Shown here: positions 23,901 through 35,900 of the stretch, piece by piece
Position numbering within the stretch: the first letter of the stretch is position 1
Layout: each line of letters opens with the position of its first letter
Translations under genes and position numbers: made by a program
The notes under the pieces: generated by a model
Told to the model about the DNA's origin: nothing
The model's database searches: none
What the model saw: the letters and a program-made list of their open reading frames with translations, nothing else
DNA from: Phoronis australis
Lineage: Eukaryota > Animalia > Phoronida
Assembly (NCBI GenBank): GCA_002633005.1
Contig: NMRA01000006.1
Location: forward strand, 670,537 to 732,365
DNA length: 61,829 bases
Direction of reading: 5' to 3'

Positions 23901-26900
23901 TTTGAAAATTATCACAAAGAAAATTCTTGAAGGGCCGAAATTTACATAACGGCTAAAAACATAATTGTTCTTGCGTCGAGAAATTCATTTTGTGTACTTA
24001 TAAGCAAAAGCAAGCAGCATCCTTAACCTAGCTGAATTCCCGGCTTAAATGACAAAATTCTGCACTGCATCTGCCCTTTACCTTGAGTATAGCACCAATC
24101 AACTCCCAGTTCCACTTCAGGTTTTCCTTGGTCAGCAATACATTGGACTCACGAATGGCTTGACTCACTGACTCCTCATTGTCCTAAACACAAACAACAT
24201 GCTTAATAAATCATCAACACTCATACTTTGAAACTAAATGTTGTTACGCAGGAGCCTAGAAAAATGGCCAAATTTGGCAAACTTGGGAACGACATATCTA
24301 AGAAATGCCTATCCAGTTCATTGTGAAACTTTCACGTACTGTGAATCATGGACTATTCTTCAAAAAATTTTGGAATTATTTTTATGGTATTCCATGTAGG
24401 CATGTGGGATATCAAAAATAGGGCATTTGTTTTTAAGAAAAAAATCAAAAGTTGATTAACCAAAAAGAAAATGATATTTTAGAAAACTGTAACAGCATTT
24501 TTGAGGTTTCATCTTTAAAATTTACATCAAATAAAATTGGACATGCTACTGATACTGTAGCAGTGGTTTTACTATGAAAATAGTAACCTTTAATTTTGCT
24601 AAATTTTGTTAAACAGACATGGTCACATAACCCAGTTGGTATAAAAAGTTAAATTCAAAGTAATAATAATAAATATACTTATACACAGATTATGCTCTAT
24701 GTTATAGCCCTTCATCTTTAATGACTTTAAAGCAACTTCAACAACATACAGAATGTGCAAGCTTCACAGACAGAAACTCAGTTCCTGTACTACATACCTT
24801 CAAACTAATCAGTAAAATGGCTATCGTGTTCAGATTAAACAAGATAGGTAGCTAATAAAATGTGCGGTTCAGAAATCCTGTAAGACATAGGCACCAACAG
24901 GTGACACTTACCTTGGATAGATAAGGCATCAGTTTGTCCTTGGTCAACTTGAGAGGTCTCTTGGCCTCCACTTTGTCCCCTTGAGCAATTCGTAGTATCT
25001 GTTCCAGATAAAGACTACATGGCACTGGACCTCGCTTCTTCAGGGTGTGTAGGCGGTCCAGGAAGGTCACAGCCTTGTACGCTCGTCTGGAAATATGCAG
25101 AGAAGTAAGTACTTCAACTTATCTTCTCATTGCCATTTCAATCAGCTCTAAGAATGACAGGTGTCTAGTATACAACATTTTGAACTTTTATTAAATGAAA
25201 ACGCATTACTCCTTTCCAGATTCTTGGCGTGTACTGACTACATGAATGAATGGAGTGTAAACAGCTCACTTGATGCTTAAAATTTACCAGAATAGTAGTA
25301 ACTAAAGCATGTAAATGTAAAAATCGTCATTAAGTCAGACAGCAATTACAATGGGTAAACTGAAAATAAAAATAAAATACGGCATACAATGCACGTGTAT
25401 TCTCTAGAAAAAAATACAAACAAAAATAAAGACACAAGTCAAGCTTTCATGCAGGAAAAGCTAACTGTTCATCTGGTGAGTGTAGAGAAAATGAAGACTA
25501 CGGGCACGCACAATTGGTGGAACATAATAAAAGTGGGACACTGAGGAAAAATAAGGGGAAAGGAATAATAATGACTCGTGTACTCCATGTCCTGTTTCCA
25601 CCATTGGAGAATACAGAAGCATTTTATACCACACTTCGTTTTTTATTTTTGTTTTATCTCTCCACTCCTGACCACATTTGCTGTTGTTCAGTTGCAATAT
25701 ACACAAGTTTAAAGACTGGTCGTGCCAGGCAGGAGGCCACCTAAGTAACTTGTACACTACTAAAAATTGGCTGTTCCAAGCAGTCACACTATATTTAATG
25801 TCGAGCCCTGAATTGCATTTATTAGTAGTTTTAATTAAATAACAGATACATTGCCAGCACTGTCTTTGATAGAATAATGGTGTTTGCTGGAACTTTGAAA
25901 ATTTCCAGTTAATTACCTTTAGTTCATGACACTGATGAATATCATGAAATACCGTTTCTTTCTTCATTTAAACAAGTCAATCTATTCCATCATTCTTCTA
26001 GTACAAAGTTGGATAGTAGAGAAGACAAGTCTGAGCTATCAACAAGAGTACTCACTCTCGCTCGACAGCAGTTCTGTCCGGTGTAGTGGCTGCAGCTATC
26101 AAACTAGGCAAACACTGGCTGGTTTGGCGGCACTCACTGGGTAGAAGTCTGTTAGACTGTAGAGAGACAAACATATTTTATCAAGGAAATAGACTGCTAA
26201 ACTGAAAATGAACAATACACTGGGTAATTACTATGACTTTTCACACAATGCTTATCCTCTATTATAATTCTTGCAACTAAAGTTTTGCACCATATAAGTC
26301 GGTCGGAGTTTTGTGATTTTAATGAATGTTACTTTACATTGCATTTCATCCATTCTCAAAGCAAATGAAATTATGGTAGGTAAAACCTTCAACTACATAA
26401 CCTCCAGAGTCAGGTCAAATCAATGCCAACGTTCACACAGGTCAAGTCTTTGCCAAACTTTCAGTACAATCAAAATGAGAACACTGGTTCATTTACAATA
26501 CAGTACAAGACAAAAGTAATCAGACAAAATACAGTGCAAGACAAAAGTAATCGACAAATTACCATCTTCCTTTTCATAACTACTAGTTCTGTTAGCAGCA
26601 ATAATGACTGCTAACAGTTATTAGGGCAACAAAACTCTAATTACAAAATGGCTTAACCACCTTACTAAGTGTTAATTACCATTCACTCTACGTTGTGAGG
26701 GAATACTATTCTGATGATGAATCTTGACTTCAGAGCCATAGAGACTTGAAGTTTTGGATCATTTTATCTGAATACTTTTGGTTGGACTGTACATCAAAAT
26801 GAATAACCCCAGTTAGGTAGGGTGAATTATGACATTGTGTTAATGGCAAACATTATCTACATAATTAATTAACAGTGTCTAATGAAATCCCAAATGAGGT

Positions 26901-29900
26901 TACCAAGTCTTCCAAAGAAAATTAAATAAATAAGAGAATACTCAAAGAGCTTCAAATGATCACTGTCACTGAGATTTTATGCTGCAGAACGCAATGTACA
27001 GCAAAGAACTGGTAATTAAGCCACCTCGTGGCGCTAGTTGTCCACTCACCAGATGTAACAGTTCCCCCAGGAGAATGGTGGCCCTCACACATAAATGATC
27101 ATCTCCAGTAACTATCACCTGGACAAGAGCCTACAACAGATAATGTTCAACTCTTTGGTAACACGCAACAAATTAGTACACAGTGTTTGCACACAATTAA
27201 TCAAATGAACTAATAAAACAAGCACCGAATTTCAAACAGGCCTTTCAAAATATCACAAACAATTGCGTTACAATAATTTTGTAGTTTATCTGTTTAGTCC
27301 AGTTACATAACTGTTAACACAACAAGACCCATCTCCTGTGTACCTACGGTGAAATCACCAATTTAGGACAAATGTGGCCGACAAGTGAAATTTCATGTTT
27401 TTTATAGATGGTAAAAAGCACGAAATAAATACTATATAATTTTTAAAGACATATATCACAGCTACCACCAGACAATGATTCTGAAAAATTCTGGACTTTT
27501 TAAAATAATCATTTATGCCAGAAGCATTTAAAAAATGAAGAAAGACCATTGAACTATTTTTGGCCAAAACTGGTGAGACTTTACCGAGTACACCCGCAAT
27601 GATGAAGTCCAACAAAAACTGGGCCATAAACATACCTCAAGAAGACCAGCATGAATGAAGGCCAGTAACAATAAGGCCATGTGGTTGTCTACTAGATTAG
27701 ACCTACAACAAACAGTATACAAAATATCATGTTAAATATGACCATGTGATTGTCCACAAGATTAGACCTACAACAAACAGTATACGAATCATGTGTCACC
27801 AATGCCAAGCATGCATCAACAAATCACCTTCTACTTTCAAAAAAGCATGAGAAACACAGATCGCACTAAGGACACACAGGTATGTAAATACACATGCACA
27901 CACGTGTTCGTACCTAAGTCCACAGAATTGACTTTAAGACAAGTTTTGTTTACTACGACGTCCCATTTACATTTAACACCTAAATTAATAGTCTCTCCAA
28001 TTGGTAACAGTCAGACCTTACATCGGGGGTAACAGTTTAAACAATAACTGCCCCAAGCTTATGACAGTAAGAAAAATAAACAATGTCTAAAATACTGGCA
28101 TGTTCACTGAGTAGTAATTCAGATATTGATGTAAACACGACACACAAGTACAAGTGGATATCAACTTTTATAGCCACATTGGGCCAGCTTTATAAAATAT
28201 TTTAAAATAAGTCATAGGTCAAGAGATGGTACTCTATATGAGTTTTCCAAGACATTTTACAGCAAAGGATGAATTCAACAATTGTTTAGAAAGAAATACC
28301 AATTACCCTAACCCTACTTAGTTAGGCAGGAATCCACAGGTATGATACCACACAAATACTGGAGCTGCAACAGAACACTTGTAGCATCGTAGTGTTTTCA
28401 AAGTGTTCATATCATACCATACCTACTTAACAAAGCTTCTGCAAACACATAACGGATTTTAGTACAGAGACATTATTGAAGTGTATGAAGTCAAGCCATC
28501 ATAAGAGCAGAAAACTTACCTTATCTTGGAAATATGAGGTAATATTGCACGGCCTTCTTCTGCTACGAAACCCTCAAATAATTTCCAAGACATCTGCATT
28601 TCAGAAATATCTGCAACAGCATAATAACAATGAAAAATATTGTATAAAAAGTTAATCAAATCAAATTTACACATTCCTTCAGTGAGAAGTGCAATCACCT
28701 AGTAAGTCAACTATATATGAACGCCAATCATATAGTCAAGCCTAGGTACATAAACAACCAATTATTTCACTCCCAAACTTTTGAATGAATGTCAGAAACG
28801 TTGCTTCCAAATGAGCGAATACTCACACTTTCAGACAAGGTGCCTTTTTACCAGTGATTGACTAGTAGTCAAGATTACTCAGCTGAATAAAGCATCTATT
28901 AAACTGAAGTAAGACCCAAGTTAAAGCTCCAATAAGGACACAAACTTTTCAGACTAGAAACTATTAGGTTTCTTGACTTGACCAACAGGTGGTGCATAGA
29001 CGATTAATATTGAATTCTGCCATGTGAATACCCATGGATATGTTTGTGCCGACATCCACTAATTGAGTATACGCTCAACTAACCTGTCTAGTTTATACCA
29101 TTCAACTACTCAATCACCTTCCCAGCATTTTTATCTAGAAATGTTAAAAATGTGACATTTCAAAAACACTTAACAAAATTTGCATTAGAATTGCTTATAA
29201 TAAAATTGCAGGGTCTCCTGGATGTTTAAGGAACATTTTTTCGTAAGTTGGGAGGTAGGCATTAAAACGAGCAGTGGACGAATACATGGCAGAATATCAC
29301 ACTTACTCTTGCTAATGTTATGAGATTTTCAACTAAAAAATTCTCTTAACAATGTTGTAAGATCTGATTCAGTGTAAGACACCAACAATGATAACAATAT
29401 ATCACCTGCACTGAGCAATGCTTCAGAAAAATTGTCTGTCCACTTGGGAATGGTGAGCCAAAATACTTCATACAAAACATCCATCACATTTTGCTGAAAT
29501 AAGAATTACAGACATGAGCACATAATCAATGTGTTAAGAACACGCCGAAGTGTGTCATGAATTTCAGCGTTGAAGCGTTATCTTTGACAAAACGCACACA
29601 TGAAGAGTCTCTCGGAAATGAGGTTGGAAGAATGCTTGTATAGACACATATATGGGTTGTTTTTGTTTCATGATCACATTGTCAATTTTAGAGTCATCAA
29701 ATCTGTCCTCTCAAAAATGTAGCAAACTACGTGGATGAAAATTCAAAAATAATGAAATTAAAGTGTCCTGTCAACAAATGAATATTCAATACATTTTTGA
29801 ATCATCTTATTTACCAAGCAACAAACAATATTTCAATGAAAGATTGGAATGCGATTTGACACTTCATTATGAAACATTCAATCCCTGATTCGGGGAGCAA

Positions 29901-32900
29901 ATTTGTTTGTTTACCGCAACAGTAAGCATGACGGTTTGTATTCATATAATGAATTTAGCCACATCACTTACCCTCTGTATGTCTTTCTTAAGGTAGAGCA
30001 CGCCTATGAGCGAGTGAATTCCTGTACCATCAGATCGACATAAACGGATCATTCCTACAATGTACAACCACAGAGCGTGTACCTCCACACAATGACAATA
30101 GTACAAGCTAAGTCACTTGGCTCATCATTGCAGAACTCATCAGTCATGATAACTTTTCCTAAATCCCCGATCACATGATCAGACATTTTCTGAGGGTTTG
30201 ACACAGTCCGCAAAAAAGCTGTCAAGCAATTATTGTTTTACGCCATTGCCTATCTCATAAAACATTTGAATATGATATTTATTTCAAATAACAGCTTATT
30301 CAGTTTCAAAATTGTTGATTTTGCATTGAGCTTTAATTTATTTTGGCATTTGATAATAGGGTGCAACAGCAAATTTCACATCATATTAAAGAATAGGCAA
30401 ATCCAAGTGTAGACATAAAATTCAAATGGCAACTAAACTTATTTCACAATCCCAACATTATAAAATAATGGCCATCTAGTGAAACGCACCACAATAATCG
30501 TGATCTTCAAACTGGCACGCTTTTGAGAAGATTAAATTTCGCACTTTATGTGATGCTGTTTGAGCTCAAATACAAAACCAGAAAATGCAACAAAAATTAA
30601 CAATAAATTAAAGTTGTGTCGGACCGCCTCATGTCTTCATTTTAAGCATAGCTCATTAATACTCAAAAGAAGATCTGCCCTACCAATAATTTCTGACAGA
30701 AAGACAGTGAGCATTTATTTGGAAAACGGCATAATTTTTACCCATGTAATACCCCAAAACACAAGTCCAAACATACTTTCAGAAACAGGGGGCTTATAAA
30801 ACCAAAATGTGCCGGCAACATAGACATGAAATGATGACCAATATGCATAACTAAAACAGTTCATGGCACTTGTGGTACCGTTACTTAAGTTTATTTTGTA
30901 GCACATACAAAATAGGCTGAAATAAAGTCTCCCCAGTTTCCCTAAATTTTTCATAACAATTATTTTTATGGTCAAACATATTTTCACTCGTATGCCATAT
31001 TGCGTGCTAAATAAGTGAAGACACCATCCATAGTACATGACAAATAAGTGAAGATACCATCCATAGTACATGACAAATAAGTGAAGATACCATCCATAGT
31101 ACATGACAGAATAAGTGAAGACACCATCCATAGTACATGACAAATAAGTGAAGATACCATCCATAGTACATGACAAATAACTGAAGATACCATCCATAGT
31201 ACATCTATGACAGAGAGTAAAATCTTTTCAACAAAGACAGTCAAATGTTTATACCTGGCCAGGACCTCAGCACCGTGACTAGAGCCATCTTACAGGCAGC
31301 GTAGTGATAGTCTTCATCATCCCTGTCAAAACATATTCTCATTTAATATTCATAATAATATTCATTCCATTGCCAAACACACAGTCACATTCAGTGACTC
31401 TCATGCAATTATGTTTCATGCTGTGTGAATTTAAATGCAGAGAAACTCTCCATCAAAGTATTCTATAAAGGGCTTCATAAGTGAGCCATATTAACAGTTA
31501 CGTCAAAGGGCTTCATAAGTGACCCATATAAAGAATTATGTTAAAGCATTTAAAGCCACACACAACCATAGTTACGGCAAACTAATATCACAAATTTCAC
31601 AATGGAATTAGCAGACTTTACAGGGATGAATCCAGGCTTACTTAAAGCAATCAAAAATCTCCAATCAATACAATTGTTTAACATAAAGAAAAACAACTCA
31701 TTATCTTTTCAAAAAATCCATATGTATTCCACACAAATATGGAGATTGTTAAAGATCGCTGAATGTGGCTTTTAGGAGACTACAACATCACCACCACATA
31801 CCCCTGTTGAGTCTGCTCACTGTTGCCAGGGTGATGCCTGAAATGATCGTCTGTGAAGGGAGCCAGAAGTTGCTGAAATCAAAACACGATATCCCAATGA
31901 AAGAGCATTGCTAAGTGACGCTGGCTTCTGAGAACATGCAGCAATTTTGGAATATCTTACTTCGAATAATGCAAAAGGGATTATTTAACTAATTACTTGT
32001 AATTGACTTCAATCTACTTTTTATCACTGTCAGCAATTTTATTGACAGTGAACACCAACAACTAATTAAGTCACAACTACTATCCAACAGACCTCATCAA
32101 CCGGACTTATTCTACTTCAGTAAGAAAAACGACTTAAATTATGACACCCATGATGCCAACTCTTTACCTCTAAGTCTATATTTGGTTTGATAAGAACTCT
32201 TGTGCGCGGGTGATTCAACATGTACAATATGGATGCCAATAGCGACTCGTTGATTCGCGGGTATTCGTGACAGTCCAGTACACTATGTAACAATGTTGAT
32301 AAGCCACCCCGCTCAGCAACACGCTCCGGACAGTAAAAAGCTGAAATAGACAAAAATCACACATAAATTAAGAGATACAACCCATTAAAGGAAAACATAA
32401 AATGCTTTTAATTTTTATGAATACAAGCTCCTTTCTGCAATTGCCCTGAACACTGAGCTATGCTGGGTACGATATCAAGCCACTTTTGTTCAATTAATTT
32501 TCAAAATGTCAACATGAAGGCAACCAGTGCATCATACTAGACAACTGCCAACAACTGTGTTTCTTTTGGTTATTTCACAGCCTGCTTACGATTTCGTTGC
32601 TAGTAAAAGTAAATATTCTATGTTCGACAAATGAGCCTCAAACGAGACCAACTTTTCATTGAAACGGTTGCTGAAAATTGACTGATCACCATTGTTTTGC
32701 AGACAGGCACAGATACAATGAACAGTTGGACCTTCTCTTCAACTGCCATAGACACCCTAAACTGTCAGTCTCTCTGTTCCCTTTATTAAGTTCATTGAAG
32801 AAGACCAAAGATAGACACTCTGAATAGTAAGTTCCTACGTCCAACAGGCCATAGTTGAGTCCCAAAGTTCAATTCACCCAGTTCACTGAGGTAGTCCGTA

Positions 32901-35900
32901 GACACCCAGAATAGTTGGGACCCACAATTCAATTTACTCAGTTCACTTAGGCAGGCCATAGACACCCTGAGTATTTGGGTCCCACAGTTCAATTTACCAA
33001 GTTTGCTGAGGCAGGTCATAGGCACCCTGCATAATTGACTTATCGCCAGGATTTTGAGTGACAGCTTAACTGACCATTTAGAATGCAGCGTCATTGACAC
33101 ACCTTCGTTTCCAAGCTGCCATTTTACCCGACAAACAACACGTTGCCGGGTAAAACTTATCGTTTGTTAGTCGACATTACGCAAGGGGGCGATAGGTCAA
33201 TTGGTCCCTCAATTCAACTTACCGAGTTCACTGAGGCGGGCCATAAACGCCCTGAATAGTTAGGACCCACAATTCAATTTACTCTGACAGTTCACTTAGG
33301 CACGCCATAGACACATTGAATATTTGGGTCCCACAGTTCAATTTACCAAGTTCACCGAGCCAGGTCATAGGCACCCTCCATAACTGGTACCTAAGTGCAA
33401 CTTACCAAGTTCACTGAGGCAGGCCATAGACACCCTGAATAGTTGGTCCCTCTCTTCAACTCCATCATTACCAATGGAGAGAAGAACATTGAGCAGTGAA
33501 GCAGGTAACTTCTTGGGACACACTAGTATCATCTTACGTAATAACCTCATTGCATGAATTCGCTCAATATGATTGCTGACGCATATATCTAAAGACCTGA
33601 AATAAATGCCATGCAACACATTCAGAATCTGCCACAAATCGTATGAATCAATTGTAAATTAATTGAGAAGACTAATAGCAATTAAAGCCCAATGATGATT
33701 TTTTTTATAATTACCAAAGATTCAACACATAGAATCAACAACAAAAGAAAGTGTGTTATTATTGTTAGTTGAGGAACAAAAATGTAAGTACTAAAGAAAA
33801 GGTGTTATGTCGTTAGTCAAACTTTAGTAAGAGATGACCTCCTGTCAATCACTTGATTGCATAAACTTGTTTCCAACGTCTTTCACAACACTGACATGGT
33901 ATGACAGTATATTTTGTTTTTTAGAGTTCAGGCCTCACATAACACTACTTGTCCAAAAATACAACGTATTCATAAAACTTAATTTAACACTGTGTGCCAA
34001 TAAACAATGGATAAAGATTTTCTCTCAGTCCTAAAACAATGAGACAGATTCCGGAACTAGGGATACACCCATCCACCGGCCCTGCGCATACACTTGACAT
34101 TTGGCAGTGAATGTGGGACTTACCTGGCTACTAATTTATCTATGTGTAGTTCGATCATGACGTCCAAGGTAGCCGGGTCACGTAAGACATATCGCAAGGC
34201 TCGCAGACAGCCTGCCCTAACCTCTTTAGCAGCATGCAGAAGACCCAGTCGTAAACTGGTAAACAGCAAATATAATAATAAATATTCAGTCAGACTTAAT
34301 GATTCAGAGAAAGTAGTTGACATCGGTCATGAATAAGAATAACACTCGCCAATTTTTTCTTTCAGTGCGTACCAATGACAGACAGCAGTGATACCCATGA
34401 CCTGTCCTAAAAAGACATAGATGATAAGGAAAAAACCATTCTGGTGTGTTTTTTGAGAGTTGATGAGATGATGTATTTTTAGGTGCAAATTTTCTTTAAA
34501 AAATCACATGACATGAAGTGGTGCAGTGGGATATTAATCAAGGTATGAAAGTGATTGTCGTTAAGTTGCCAAACAACATTATGCTTCTTATAAAAAAGTA
34601 CCTCAGATACGTTTGTGAAGCTTTTGAAGAAAAGAACTATGCCAAAAGTGAGCAGTAGGTTTCAAAATGAGTCTGGCACAGACCAGAACAAGCCCTGCTA
34701 TTTTATTTGGCCTAATGTCGATATTGACCACAACATTGTTATCCAGAATGTAACAACAGTGTATAGTGCGCCAGATCTATCTCACCTAACCAGCAGTATG
34801 TCAGACTTATGATGGGAGCAGCCTGTGTGGGCGTGTCACAACATTGGCCCTAAACCCAGCATGTGTTATTTAATGTTAAGTTTTATGTGAAGTTTGAAGT
34901 AATGGCAGGGTTTGAACACACGTAGCCCGATGTTATAGCCAAGTACAACTGCACTATCAGCATACCCTTAGAACTGCAGACATGGCTTCATTTTATCAAC
35001 AAGAAAACAAGAAAATGGTCAAAGAGTCAAGAATTTTATAGAACATTTTAGACACCAACCGGATATCAGTTACACTACAACGAGGAGAAACTATGAGGAA
35101 GAATACAGCCAACAAGCCTTCTTACCAGCAAAGAATGTCATGTAGCGAGTATCCAAAATCAGCGTCAGTTTGAAACTTGCAGCAGAGTTTGACAAAATTG
35201 TTCAAGTTACCCAGCTTCTTGCTGTTAGAGATCCCTTGTCTTCTGGATACATTAGTAAGAATATCCTTCACATTCTCTTTCAAGGCTGAAAAAATGAAAC
35301 ATGGATTTCACTGTGCTAACTTAAACTTACAATTACCTTGTGAACAAATTAAAATGAGGTGTTTTAAGATGCTTTATTACCTTAAATACTTTAAAATTTC
35401 ATGACATCACAAGCCATTTGGATTTATGAACAGAAATCTACCGCATACAGGAAATGATTTTTATTCAGTTTCCATATAGCTGAATTCAATTTTATCAACA
35501 TCAAGTTAAACAACTTATTATTTAAAATGACTAGGCAAAAATTGAATTTCGGGCCTCAAAAATGAGGCCTCCTATATTAATACGGAAGGCATCACCGAAA
35601 GGCGGTCGAAAAGTGGGGCCCTCCCATATTAATACGGTAGCGCCCCGCTGAACTTGAAAGGCAGCTGAGAGCAAGGCCTTCCATATTAATATAGGGGCCT
35701 TCCCTTTGAGGCCCGAAATTCAATTTTTAGCTATGTCATTTTAATAATAATAAGTCATTTTAAATAATAACCTGTTGTTACTTAAAGTACCTTAAACAGG
35801 CTGATATTGTAAAGCTTTTCACTCCAACTACTCTAAAATGACAGAATTGAAAGCACCCATACATAAACAAACAGCAGACTCACTTTTATTTAAGTACTCA

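Noticed and set aside
25461-25967. 168-aa ORF on the minus strand
   Set aside because: Intronic, with no recognisable domain, overlapping repeat fragments; the flanking RICTOR exons join in phase without it.
30715-31244. Three overlapping repetitive ORFs (up to 160 aa)
   Set aside because: Artefacts of the 31-bp tandem repeat inside a RICTOR intron.
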